From assembly GCA_025352045.1 (NCBI GenBank), contig JANXUD010000028.1, positions 10,206-74,205 of the forward strand: a stretch of 64,000 nt of DNA, given 5' to 3'. A program made the position numbers and the translations under genes. This document shows, one piece after another, positions 9,400-18,651 of this stretch (position 1 is its first letter; every line of letters begins with the position of its first letter). The notes beneath the pieces were generated by a model. That model saw only the letters and a program-made list of their open reading frames with translations. It searched no databases and had not been told where the DNA came from. Origin of the DNA: Gammaproteobacteria bacterium. GTDB lineage: Bacteria; Pseudomonadota; Gammaproteobacteria; Xanthomonadales; Xanthomonadaceae.

Positions 9400-9957
9400 A
9401 TGGCAAACCTCATGCAACTCTGGCTGCCGATCCTGGTGGCCGCGATCGGCGTGTTCGTGGCGTCCAGCCTCGTGCACATGGTGTTCAAGTGGCACAACAG
9501 CGACTACCGCCCGCTGGCGAACGAGGACGAGGTCCGCGCCGCGATCCGCACCGGTTCGCCCGCGCCGGGCCAGTACGTGCTGCCGCACTGCAAGGACCAT
9601 CGGGACGTCAAGGGCGAGGCCATGCAGGCCAAGTTCCGCGAGGGGCCGGTCGGGCACCTGACCATCGTGGGCAACGGCATGCCGTCGATGGGCGCGATGC
9701 TGGGCAAATGGTTCGTCTTCAACCTCGGGGTGGCCGCGATCGCCGCCTGCCTGGCGCTCCAGGTCCTGGGTCTGGCCGCCGACCGCCATGCCGCCGGGCA
9801 TCTGGTGGGCATGGTGAGCTTCCTCACCTATTTCGGCGGCAGCGTGCAGAACGGCATCTGGATGGGCAAGCCCTGGAGCGCCGTCGCGAAGGACCTGCTC
9901 GACAGCCTGATCTACGGCACCGTCAGCGCCCTCACCTTCATGTTCCTCTGGCCCTGA
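9400..9957 (+). CDS. membrane protein, unknown function
   Basis: ATG at 9400 follows GGGGGAGAG. Several predicted TM helices (LWLPILVAAIGVFVASSLV; FVFNLGVAAIAACLAL; TVSALTFMFLW). Confidence 0.7.
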   Translation: MANLMQLWLPILVAAIGVFVASSLVHMVFKWHNSDYRPLANEDEVRAAIRTGSPAPGQYVLPHCKDHRDVKGEAMQAKFREGPVGHLTIVGNGMPSMGAMLGKWFVFNLGVAAIAACLALQVLGLAADRHAAGHLVGMVSFLTYFGGSVQNGIWMGKPWSAVAKDLLDSLIYGTVSALTFMFLWP

Positions 9958-9963
9958 GCAAAC

Positions 9964-9990
9964 CGGGGCCAGAACCGGCCCCGATTTGCT
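9964..9990. terminator. GC hairpin between convergent genes, containing a REP core
   Basis: CGGGGCC (9964-9970) pairs with GGCCCCG (9977-9983) around loop AGAACC, then ATTTG. Contains GAACCGGCCCC. Confidence 0.5.
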
Positions 9991-9992
9991 GC

Positions 9993-10766
9993 CTAGAAAC
10001 GGAGCGACAGGCAGGTCAGCGCGCCGTCCATCTTCTCGTACTCGCTCATGTCCAGTGCCAGCGGCGAATAGCCCAGCGCGCGCAGCTGTGCCTCGACGCG
10101 CGGGAATCCCGCGGCGACCAGCACGCGATCGTTGACGCGCACGGCGTTGGCGGCATACAGATCGTCGTCGTCCACGACGACGCGCTCGAAATCCGCGAAT
10201 TCCGGATGTCCGGCAAGCGCCCCCATCACCAGCAGGCGACCGTCGCCCAGCCAGCTCAGCCCGCTCTTCAGGTGCAGGATCGTGTCGATGCCGTGGATGG
10301 ACACCAGGCGCGGCTCGTAGCCCAGGCCACGCAGCCATTGCGCCAGCTGTGCCGCGCCCTCGGCATTGGTGCGCGGCGACAGGCCGATGAAGACCACCCG
10401 CCCCGCCTCGCAGATGTCGCCGCCATCCACGGTGCCAGGCTCGGTAATCCGCGCCAGCACGGGCCAGGCGTTGGCCAGCGACGCCCGGATCCCCTCGACC
10501 TCGCCCCGGCGACTGTCGGCGCCCGGCCGCGTCAGCATCGCGCCCTCCGGGAGCAGGACCGCCGTGTCCTCGACGAAGCAACTGTCCGGATAGGCGGGAT
10601 CCGCAGGCAATGCGATCAGCGTGAGGCCACAGGATTGCAACGCGCGGCAATAGGCCGCGTGCTGTTCCAGCGCCAGCGGCAACGAGGGGACGCCCAGGTC
10701 CATCCGCGTCAACCCGTCGGCAAAGCTCGCCGGTGGCGGGCGCACGATCGCGCGGGTGAATTGCAT
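9993..10766 (-). CDS. dimethylarginine dimethylaminohydrolase / amidinotransferase-family protein
   Basis: 257-aa tail of ORF 9993..11099, from MQFTRAIVRPP. Has CFVEDTAV, HLKSG and a C-terminal DGALTCLSLRF with the family active-site Cys. Confidence 0.8.
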   Translation of the reverse strand: MQFTRAIVRPPPASFADGLTRMDLGVPSLPLALEQHAAYCRALQSCGLTLIALPADPAYPDSCFVEDTAVLLPEGAMLTRPGADSRRGEVEGIRASLANAWPVLARITEPGTVDGGDICEAGRVVFIGLSPRTNAEGAAQLAQWLRGLGYEPRLVSIHGIDTILHLKSGLSWLGDGRLLVMGALAGHPEFADFERVVVDDDDLYAANAVRVNDRVLVAAGFPRVEAQLRALGYSPLALDMSEYEKMDGALTCLSLRF

Positions 10767-10908
10767 GCTGGTCCCCTCGGACTGGACTCCCCGGCAGACG
10801 ATAGCCGGTCCGGCGGCGGCGCGCACGACGTGATGGCGCGCGCCAGCAACGAGGGACTGGCCAAGATCGCCTTGGTCCAGCCCGGTGACTGAGCTGCCGC
10901 GACCGCGG

Positions 10909-11877
10909 TCAGGGCACCAGCAGGACCTTGCCCGCGGTGCCGCGTCCTTCCAGCAGGGCGTGGCCGCTGGCGCCGTCGCGCAGCGGGATGCGCGCGGCGA
11001 TTTCCACCCGCAGCGCGCCCGCGCGGACCGCGGCGAACAACTGGTCGGCCCGCTGTTGCCGCTGGGCCGCGCTGTTGAGCACGTTCCACAGGTCGCCACC
11101 GGTCAGCGTGAGCGAGCGGTCCATCAGCAGGCGCGGGTCCACCGGCGACGGATCGCCGCCCGCCATGCCGTAGAACACCACCGTGCCGCCCGTGCGCGCG
11201 AGCGCCAGGCTGTCGGCCAGGGTCGCGCCGATCGAGTCGTACACAACGTCCACGCCCTCCGGCGCCAGCGCGCGGACCCGATCGACCCAACCGTCCCCCG
11301 TGGCCACCGCATGCGCGGCGCCGGCCGCAAGGGCCGCGGCGCGCTTGGACTCCGACGAGGCCAGCGCGATCACCTCCGCACCCGCGGCGCGCGCGAGTTG
11401 CACCAGCAGCAGGCCGACGCCGCCCGCGGCCGCATGCACCAGCAGGCGCTCGCCGGCCTGCACGCGGTGGCTGTCGGCGAGCAGGTACTGCGCGGTCAGC
11501 CCCTGCAGCAGCAAGGCCGCGGCCGTGTCGAAGTCGATGTCGCCAGGCAGTACGATCAGCTTGTCGAGCGGGACGGCGACCAGTTCCGCGTTCGCGTAGG
11601 GACTGTCGGCAAAGGCGACACGCTGCCCGACCGCCAGTCCGCGCGCCGCGTCGCCGGCGTGCAGCGCGACGATTTCGCCCGCCGCCTCGTAGCCCGCGAT
11701 CCACGGCGGCGAACCCGCCAGGTGGTAACGGCCTTGGCGGCGATAGACGTCGGCGAAATTCAAGCCAACGCAGCGGGTACGGACCAACGCGGTCCCCGGC
11801 GCGTGGACGGGGTCTGGCAGGCGCGTCCACTCCAATACCTCCGGCCCACCGAACCGCGAGAACGTCAGCGCGTGCAT
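10909..11877 (-). CDS. NADPH:quinone oxidoreductase (zeta-crystallin/MDR family)
   Basis: VGLNFADVY, AAGGVGLLLVQLA Rossmann motif, and a C-terminal GKVLLVP typical of Qor-like MDRs. Confidence 0.9.
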   Translation of the reverse strand: MHALTFSRFGGPEVLEWTRLPDPVHAPGTALVRTRCVGLNFADVYRRQGRYHLAGSPPWIAGYEAAGEIVALHAGDAARGLAVGQRVAFADSPYANAELVAVPLDKLIVLPGDIDFDTAAALLLQGLTAQYLLADSHRVQAGERLLVHAAAGGVGLLLVQLARAAGAEVIALASSESKRAAALAAGAAHAVATGDGWVDRVRALAPEGVDVVYDSIGATLADSLALARTGGTVVFYGMAGGDPSPVDPRLLMDRSLTLTGGDLWNVLNSAAQRQQRADQLFAAVRAGALRVEIAARIPLRDGASGHALLEGRGTAGKVLLVP

Positions 11878-11896
11878 GCCGTAGGACCCCGCTCCC

Positions 11897-13996
11897 TCAC
11901 CACACCCGGCAAGGCTTGGCGCTGACCATCGGATCGCCGGCCTTGCAGGAGAACGCCTGCTGGAACTCCGGCATGTTCACCATGAGGCCGTTGACCCGGT
12001 ACTGCCCCGGCGAATGCGGATCGGTCGTCGCATTGAGGCGCTTGTTCTCCGGACGCTCGTCCTCGCAGGCCCATTGCGCATAGCCGACGAAGAAGCGCTG
12101 TTCCGGCGTCAGGCCATCGGCGTCCTTCGCCGGTTTGCCCGCGAGCTCGGCCTTCCATGCCACCCAGGCCAGCATCAGGCCGCCCAGGTCGGCGATGTCC
12201 TCGCCCGCGGTGAGCTTGCTGTTGATCTTGATGTCGTCGATGACGGTGTACTGCGCGTACTGGTCGATCACGCACTGGGCGCGCTCGGTGAAGGCCTTGG
12301 CACTGCCGGGGGTCCACCAGTCCTTGAGGTTGCCGTGCGCGTCGAACTGCCGGCCTTCGTCGTCGAAGCCATGCGTCAGCTCGTGGCCGATGGTGCCGCC
12401 GGTATTGCCGTAGCCGGGAGCGGCGTCCATCTTCGGGTCGTACAGCGGCGGCTGCAGCACCCCGGCCGGGAAGTTGATGTCGTTGAACTGCGCATCGAAG
12501 TAGGCGTTGACCGTGGGCGGCGTCATGCCCCATTCACTGCGGTCCAGCGGCTTGCCGATCTTGGCGACCTGGCGGGCGCTTTCGAAGCGGCCGGCGCGGG
12601 CCACGTTGCCGGCGAAATCGCCGCGCTCGATGCGGATGCTCGAATAGTCGCGCCAGCGATCCGGGTAGCCGATCTTGTTGACGATCGCGTGCAGCTTCTC
12701 CAGCGCCCGGACCTTGGTCAGCGCATCCATCCAGTCCAGCGACTGGATGTCCTTCTCCATCGCATCCTCGATCTGGCGCGTCATGTGCAGAGTCTTCGCC
12801 TTGAGTTCGGGGCTGAAGGTGCGCGCCACGAACTCCTGGCCGAGTGCTTCGCCGAGCTGGTCGTCCACCAGGGCCACGCAGCGCTTCCAGCGCGGCTGCA
12901 GCGTGGGCACGCCGCGCAGGGTCTTGCTGTAGAAATCGAAGTTGGCGTCGACGAAGGCGCGGGTGAGATACGGCGCCTGCGCATGCGCCACGTGCCAGCG
13001 CAGGTAGGTGCGGACGTCGGCAAGCGGCGCCGTCGCCAGCTGGGCATCGAGCGCCTTGAAGAACAAGGGCTGGGCGACGTTGAACTTGTCGTAGCCGGCG
13101 ATGCCGGTCGTGGCGAGGAAAGGCGTCCAGTCGAAGCGCGGCGTCAGCTTGGCGAGCCCTGCGCGATCGTAGGGATTGAACTGCTTGTGCGGGTCGCGGC
13201 GCTCGACCCGGGTGAAGGAATGCCGGGCCAGTTCGGTCTCCATCGCCAGCACGGTGGCGGCTTCCTTCGCGGCCACCGCGGGGGCATCGCCCAGCAGTTC
13301 GAACACCTGCTGCACGTGCGCTCGGTACTGCGTGCGCAGGGTCTGGGAGCGCGCATCGTCCTTGAGGTAATAGTCGCGGTCCGGCAAGCCCAGCCCGCCC
13401 GCGTCCAGCCCCGCGATCACCTGCGAGGAATCGGCGTAGTCCGGTTGCGAACCGAACCCGAAGAAGAAGCCGCGGGCGCCCAGGCCCTGCTGCAGCCGTG
13501 CCACCAGGGTCGGCAACTGCGCGCGCGACGTCAATGCCGCGACCTGGCCGAGCCAGGGTGCCAGCGGCTGGACGCCGGCGGCTTCCACCGCGCCCTCGTC
13601 CATGCAGGCGGCGAAGTAATCGCCGATCAGGGCCTGCGGCGCCGTGCGTGCGGGCGGCGCCTTGGCCAGGTCGGCAAGAATGCCCCACAAGTAGCGCTGG
13701 TTGTCCTGGCTCAACTTGCCGTACACGCTCCAGGACGCCTGGTCGGCCGGGATCGGATTGTTCTTGCGCCAGCCGCCGCAGGTGTACTGGTAGAAATCCT
13801 CGCAGGGCTTGGCGCTGCGATCCATGGCCGTCACGTCCAGGCCCGGGGTGTAGGGGAAGACGGTCAGCGGCGTATCCGCCGCCTGTTCGGGCGCCGGGGC
13901 CGGTGCTGAGACCGGGACTGCGGGCGCCGCGCCCGCCGGGGGCGCGGCAGAGGCGAGGACGAGCAGGATGGAACTGGCGACCTTGCGAAGAAGCAT
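11897..13996 (-). CDS. M13 family metallopeptidase (endothelin-converting enzyme/PepO-like)
   Basis: NAYF, HELTHGFDDEGRQFD (HExxH), GEDIADLGG (ExxxD), and a C-terminal CRVW. Signal peptide from MLLRKVASSILLVLASA (ATG 13996). Confidence 0.92.
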   Translation of the reverse strand: MLLRKVASSILLVLASAAPPAGAAPAVPVSAPAPAPEQAADTPLTVFPYTPGLDVTAMDRSAKPCEDFYQYTCGGWRKNNPIPADQASWSVYGKLSQDNQRYLWGILADLAKAPPARTAPQALIGDYFAACMDEGAVEAAGVQPLAPWLGQVAALTSRAQLPTLVARLQQGLGARGFFFGFGSQPDYADSSQVIAGLDAGGLGLPDRDYYLKDDARSQTLRTQYRAHVQQVFELLGDAPAVAAKEAATVLAMETELARHSFTRVERRDPHKQFNPYDRAGLAKLTPRFDWTPFLATTGIAGYDKFNVAQPLFFKALDAQLATAPLADVRTYLRWHVAHAQAPYLTRAFVDANFDFYSKTLRGVPTLQPRWKRCVALVDDQLGEALGQEFVARTFSPELKAKTLHMTRQIEDAMEKDIQSLDWMDALTKVRALEKLHAIVNKIGYPDRWRDYSSIRIERGDFAGNVARAGRFESARQVAKIGKPLDRSEWGMTPPTVNAYFDAQFNDINFPAGVLQPPLYDPKMDAAPGYGNTGGTIGHELTHGFDDEGRQFDAHGNLKDWWTPGSAKAFTERAQCVIDQYAQYTVIDDIKINSKLTAGEDIADLGGLMLAWVAWKAELAGKPAKDADGLTPEQRFFVGYAQWACEDERPENKRLNATTDPHSPGQYRVNGLMVNMPEFQQAFSCKAGDPMVSAKPCRVW

Positions 13997-14232
13997 TGGG
14001 AAACACCTGGCGGAAAGACCCGATCTTACCCGTGCCGACCGCTGCCGCGCATCCTTCCAAATCAACCGCTTGAACCCAGTCCTGAATTCTTCCCCAGGTC
14101 GTGTCGATTACCGCCCTGCCCGTTCGTCGCCATCGACAGGACGGGGTGCACCCGGCCTGCGGTGCGGGCAAGCGGCTGTTTCCGCCGCGGCGCACCGCTC
14201 CTACAATCCACCCACGACACGAGGAGACGAAC

Positions 14233-14658
14233 ATGCGATTCATGGTGATGGTGAAGGCCACGGACGATTCCGAAGCGGGCGCGCTGCCCACTCAGCAACT
14301 GCTCACCGACATGGGCAAGTTCAACGAGGAACTGGTGAAGGCCGGCGTGATGCTCGCGGGCGAAGGGCTCAAGCCCAGCAGCCGCGGCGTGCGCGTGCAT
14401 TTTTCCGGCAGCAGCCGCACCGTGGTGGACGGCCCCTTCAGCGAAACCAAGGAACTGGTCGCCGGTTTCTGGCTCTGGGAGTGCAAGGACCTGGACGAGT
14501 GCATCGCCTGGGTTCGGCGTTGCCCGAACCCGATGCTCGGGCCGTCGGACATCGAGATTCGCCCGGTGTTCGAGGCGGAGGATTTCGGCGAGGAATTCAC
14601 CCCGGCCCTGCGCGAGCAGGAAGCGATGATCCGCGCCCGATCGGAAGGAAACCGCTGA
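14233..14658 (+). CDS. YciI-like (DGPF domain) protein
   Basis: MRFMVMVKAT...VVDGPFSETKELVAGFWLWE. GAGGAG RBS upstream of ATG 14233. Confidence 0.85.
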   Translation: MRFMVMVKATDDSEAGALPTQQLLTDMGKFNEELVKAGVMLAGEGLKPSSRGVRVHFSGSSRTVVDGPFSETKELVAGFWLWECKDLDECIAWVRRCPNPMLGPSDIEIRPVFEAEDFGEEFTPALREQEAMIRARSEGNR

Positions 14659-14659
14659 C

Positions 14660-15079
14660 ATGCAGATCAATGCCTACCTGACCTTCGACGGCAACTGCCG
14701 CCAGGCCTTCGAGCAGTACGCACGCGTGCTGGGCGCGACCATCACGATGGTCTCGACCTTCGGTGAGTCGCCCGCGGCCGCGCATGTGCCGGCCGCGGCC
14801 CACGACCAGCTCATCCACGTGCGCATCGAGCGCGACGGCTGGGTGCTGATGGGCTCGGACAGCGGCGGCATGCCCTACCAGGGCATCCACGGCGTGTCGG
14901 TGTCGGTCAACGTGGACTCGGCCGATGAGGCCGAGCGCGTCTTCAATGGCCTGTCCGACGGCGGCAAGGTCACGATGGCGCTGGGCAAGACCTTCTGGGC
15001 GGAGCGCTTCGGCATGCTGGTGGACCGGTTCGGCGCAGCATGGATGGTCAATTTCGAAGGACAGGGCGCACAGGCTTGA
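14660..15079 (+). CDS. VOC/glyoxalase-fold protein (PhnB/YjdN-like)
   Basis: MQINAYLTFDGNCRQAFEQY...TFWAERFGMLVDRFG. Starts 1 nt after the upstream stop. Confidence 0.85.
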   Translation: MQINAYLTFDGNCRQAFEQYARVLGATITMVSTFGESPAAAHVPAAAHDQLIHVRIERDGWVLMGSDSGGMPYQGIHGVSVSVNVDSADEAERVFNGLSDGGKVTMALGKTFWAERFGMLVDRFGAAWMVNFEGQGAQA

Positions 15080-16326
15080 GTGAGTCGCACCGCGCGGTCG
15101 AGGCGGTGTGGCGGATCGAGCGCGCGCGACTGATCGGCGGCTTGCTGCGCCAGGTCCACGACCTGGACCTGGCCGAGGAACTGGCGCAGGACGCGATGGT
15201 CGCCGCGCTCGAGCGTTGGCCCGAACTTGGCGTGCCCGACAATCCCGGCGCCTGGCTGATGACCACGGCCAGGCATCGCGCGATCGACCACCTGCGTCGC
15301 CGCGGGCGCTTCGACGCGGGCCAGGGCGAACTCGTGCACGCCGCGGAAGCGGCCCAAGGAGATGCCGCCGACGCCATCGACGCAGCGCTCGACGACGAGA
15401 TCGGTGACGACCTGCTGCGCCTGGTCTTCATCGCCTGCCATCCGAGCCTGGCCGCGGAAGCGCGTGTCGCGCTGACGCTGCGCCTGCTCGGCGGCCTGTC
15501 CACCGACGAGATCGCGCGGGCCTTCCTCACCGCCGAGCCGACCATCGCGCAGCGGATCGTGCGCGCCAAGCGCCAACTGGCGGACGGGCGCATCGCCTTC
15601 GAGGCACCGCGGCGGCGGGAATTGCCGCAGCGCCTGGATGCGGTGCTGGTCGTGCTCTACCTGGTCTTCAACGAGGGCTATTCGGCTAGCGCCGGCGAGG
15701 ACGTGCTGCGGCCGCAACTGTGCGAGCAGGCGATGCGGCTGGGTCGCATCCTGGTCGGCCTGCTGCCCGGCGAGCCGGAGGTGCAGGGCCTGCTCGCCTT
15801 GATGGAGTTGCAAGCCTCGCGCTTCCGCGCGCGGGTGGCGGCCGACGGCGCGCCGGTGCTGCTGCTGGACCAGGACCGCGCGCGCTGGGATCGCCTGCTG
15901 ATCAGCCGTGGCCTGGCCGGACTGGCGCGTGCGCAGTCACTGGGCGGTAGCGCGGGCCCCTACACGCTGCAGGCGGCGATCGCCGCCTGCCATGCGCGCG
16001 CAAGCACGGCCGCGGCCACCGACTGGCGAGCGATCGTCGCGCTTTATTCCGCCCTCGCCGTCGTGGCGCCCTCGCCCATCGTCGCGTTGAACCGCGCCGT
16101 TGCCGTCGGCATGGCCGATGGGCCAGCCGTCGCGCTTGCCCTGGTCGACGCCTTGCGCGCCGAACCGGTGTTGCGCGGCTACCACTTGTTGCCGGCGGTG
16201 CGTGGCGACCTGCTGGCCAAGCTCGGGCGTCACCCGGAAGCGGCACAGGCCTTCCGCGACGCCGCCGCACTCGCCGGCAACGCGCGCGAACGCGATTTGT
16301 TGCTGCGCCGCGCCGACGGTCTGTAG
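15076..16326 (+). CDS. ECF-like sigma-70 family factor with long C-terminal extension
   Basis: Sigma region 2 (AQDAMVAALERWP...PGAWLMTTARHRAIDHLRRR) and region 4 (LGGLSTDEIARAF), plus a C-terminal domain of about 200 aa. Probable TTG start at 15076 overlaps the upstream stop (TTGA). The ATG at 15040 is an alternative. Confidence 0.85.
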   Translation: MSESHRAVEAVWRIERARLIGGLLRQVHDLDLAEELAQDAMVAALERWPELGVPDNPGAWLMTTARHRAIDHLRRRGRFDAGQGELVHAAEAAQGDAADAIDAALDDEIGDDLLRLVFIACHPSLAAEARVALTLRLLGGLSTDEIARAFLTAEPTIAQRIVRAKRQLADGRIAFEAPRRRELPQRLDAVLVVLYLVFNEGYSASAGEDVLRPQLCEQAMRLGRILVGLLPGEPEVQGLLALMELQASRFRARVAADGAPVLLLDQDRARWDRLLISRGLAGLARAQSLGGSAGPYTLQAAIAACHARASTAAATDWRAIVALYSALAVVAPSPIVALNRAVAVGMADGPAVALALVDALRAEPVLRGYHLLPAVRGDLLAKLGRHPEAAQAFRDAAALAGNARERDLLLRRADGL

Positions 16327-16330
16327 GGTT

Positions 16331-16855
16331 TCAGAAGATCCGCGCCACGGCCTCGGCCAGGACCACGCCGATGCCCGCTGCCGCCAACACATCGCTGGGG
16401 TAATGCATGCCCAGCACGACCCGCGACGCGGCCACGCTCACCGCGAATGGCACCAGCAGCCATCCCAGCCACGGAAACCACAGGCAGGCGGAGAGCGCGA
16501 ATCCGACCGCATGCAGGGTATGTCCCGATGGAAAACTGAATTCGTCCAGCGGCGCCACCCAGGCGCGGATGCGACCGTCCGCGGCGAACGGACGCGGCCG
16601 GCGCGCCCAACCCTTGAGTCGCCCGTAGAGCAGCGTCGCGATGCCGCCAACCAAGGCCATGTGCGCGGCGGCCAGCAGGCCGCGCGCACCACCCGACACC
16701 GCCAGCACGCCCATCAGCGCGTACCAGAACGCACCGTCGCCAAGTCTGCTGACGGCGCGGAAGTACCCGCGCACGATGCGATGCGCGCCGCATCGATTGG
16801 CGCGCAGGCACCAGGCTTCCTCGCGGGCGACCAGCCGGCCCGCCTGCCAGTTCAC
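16331..16855 (-). CDS. PAP2-family phosphatase
   Basis: The three PAP2 motifs are present: K...RPRP, SFPSGHT, and SRVVLGMHYPSD. Confidence 0.85.
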   Translation of the reverse strand: MNWQAGRLVAREEAWCLRANRCGAHRIVRGYFRAVSRLGDGAFWYALMGVLAVSGGARGLLAAAHMALVGGIATLLYGRLKGWARRPRPFAADGRIRAWVAPLDEFSFPSGHTLHAVGFALSACLWFPWLGWLLVPFAVSVAASRVVLGMHYPSDVLAAAGIGVVLAEAVARIF

Positions 16856-16990
16856 CTCGCGGCTCCGTGCGTGTTGCCAGTCGCTTTTTCGCTGCGCATG
16901 GCCAATCTCCGGGCGTGGTGATAGTCACCATGCTCGGCGATCGCTGTTGCACCCTCGCGTCACGCAAATGTCGATTGCATGAACGGCATG

Positions 16991-17010
16991 AACGGGGCCG
17001 GTTCTTTCAC
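16991..17010 (+). repeat. REP-like element copy (AACGGGGCCGGTTCTTTCAC)
   Basis: Identical core to 7561-7579, in the intergenic region between the PAP2 and S41 genes. Confidence 0.6.
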
Positions 17011-17029
17011 GTCGATGGACAAGGCGCCT

Positions 17030-18577
17030 CTAAGGGGCGGCGCGGACGGCTTCCAGTGCGGCGGCCAGCTCGGCATCGCGACCCGCGGCGATATCAGCCA
17101 CGGTCACCGGCACCAGCACATCCGGCACGATGCCTGCATCCGGCTGAGGCGTGGTCGAGAATTGCCCCACCAGGGGCAGGTCCAGTTCGATGCCGGAATT
17201 GGGCAGGCGCAGGAAGTAGAAGGCACCACCATTGATTCCACGCAGGTTACCCCCGGTCGGCTGGCCGACGAGCAGGCCCAGCCGCGCTTGCCGGATGGCC
17301 CGCGCGAACTCGAACGTCGCCGAGCTGTTGCCGGCGCCCACCAGCACGGCAACCCCGCCGGCGAAGCGCGACAGCACGGGCGCGATCCGCTCGCCATCCG
17401 CGCGCTCGCCCTCGCTTTGCAGGCGATAGAAGCCGTCGCCAAGCGCGGTGGCGCTGGCGCCCCAATCGTCGAACGAACGGTCCCAGGTATCGAGGAAGGG
17501 CCGCAGGTCCGCGGGAATGCGCCGGTAACGAGTCTTGCGCAACACGCCAGGCAGCACGAGCGGTCGGTCCACCAGGTGTGCAAGGATGGCCTGGCCCACG
17601 TCCAGGCCGCCTTCGTTGCCGCGCAGGTCGATGACAAGCGCAGGCGCCGCGCGCAGGTCGGCGCGCGCGAACATCGCATCCAACCAGCCCTGCCAGTCGC
17701 TGGCATCGTCGTACAGGGCCCAGGTCGGCATCTGCAGCAGGGCCACGCCGCCGTCCACGAAGCTCAGCGTCCAGGGTGGCGCGGGCTTGGCGCCAGCGCT
17801 AGCCGCGGGCGACGCGGTTGATGCCGCGGGCGCGTCGCGCGAGGCCAGCCGTTGCGCCTGGGTCAGGGCCACCACCGTGATCGTGCGCGGCGCGCTGTCG
17901 CCCGGCGATTGCAGTCGCAGCTGCTGCCGGCTGCCGACCTGCGGGAACAGCAGCGGCAGGTAGACGTCGAAGGTCTCATAGCGGTCGAAGCCGCGCACTT
18001 CCAGGCTGGCGATGCGCTTGGCGTCGTTGCCGCCGTCGGCGCGGGCGATCGCCATCATCGCCGCGAGGATGCGTGGCGTCGGCACGCCGTCGATCGCCAG
18101 CACGCGCGTCCCCGGCACCAGCGTCGCATCGACGGACATGTTGCGCGTCACCACCATCGTCCCGTCCAGCCAGCGGAACTGGAACGGCACCCGCGTCGGC
18201 GATTCCAGCAGCGCCGCGGTCACGGTTTTGGACTGGTTGTAGAAGTTGGCGTAGGTATGGCCGCAGCGCACGGTCGCCGCGAAACGCGAGAACGCCAGGT
18301 AAGCCTCCGCCAGGGTGGCATCGTGGTCCAGCGCGCGGCGCAGCGTGGCGAAGTGCGCGTGCACCTGCGCAGGCGTGTTGTAGCGGTACAGGCCGGGGTG
18401 CAGTTGCAGGTAGGCGCGCTCGAGGATGTCGATGTCGCGCTGGAGGCCCGCGGCCGGCAGGCGCGTGGCGGCGGAGGACGCAGGTGTCGGGGCGACGGAC
18501 GCTGGCGGCGTCAGCGTGGCAAGCGCGCATGTCGGAACCAAGGCCAGCGCGATCAGCAGGATGCGTGTCAGGCGCAT
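17030..18577 (-). CDS. S41-family serine peptidase, secreted
   Basis: Signal peptide MRLTRILLIALALVPTCALA. LVIDLRGNEGG and VLVGAGNSSATFEFA are characteristic of S41. Confidence 0.85.
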   Translation of the reverse strand: MRLTRILLIALALVPTCALATLTPPASVAPTPASSAATRLPAAGLQRDIDILERAYLQLHPGLYRYNTPAQVHAHFATLRRALDHDATLAEAYLAFSRFAATVRCGHTYANFYNQSKTVTAALLESPTRVPFQFRWLDGTMVVTRNMSVDATLVPGTRVLAIDGVPTPRILAAMMAIARADGGNDAKRIASLEVRGFDRYETFDVYLPLLFPQVGSRQQLRLQSPGDSAPRTITVVALTQAQRLASRDAPAASTASPAASAGAKPAPPWTLSFVDGGVALLQMPTWALYDDASDWQGWLDAMFARADLRAAPALVIDLRGNEGGLDVGQAILAHLVDRPLVLPGVLRKTRYRRIPADLRPFLDTWDRSFDDWGASATALGDGFYRLQSEGERADGERIAPVLSRFAGGVAVLVGAGNSSATFEFARAIRQARLGLLVGQPTGGNLRGINGGAFYFLRLPNSGIELDLPLVGQFSTTPQPDAGIVPDVLVPVTVADIAAGRDAELAAALEAVRAAP

Positions 18578-18651
18578 GGCTCCAACCCTCCCCGGGGGAG
18601 GGTCCAGTGTCGCTAGGAGCTGTCGCTATTGTGTGAACATCCGGAACCGCA

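Noticed and set aside
9015-10892. 625-aa plus-strand ORF, and 9382..10650 on the minus strand
   Set aside because: These are alternative or antisense frames over the membrane-protein and DDAH genes, with no motifs.
14075-14115. Possible ECF-type promoter (TGAACC ... GGTCGT) upstream of the yciI-VOC-sigma operon
   Set aside because: The spacer between the GAAC-like and CGT-like elements is about 24 nt by hand count, well beyond the usual 16-17 nt.
12014-14291. 631-aa plus-strand ORF and 585-aa minus-strand ORF over the first M13 gene
   Set aside because: The HExxH/ExxxD-bearing frame (11897..13996) explains the region. The others are GC-driven open frames.
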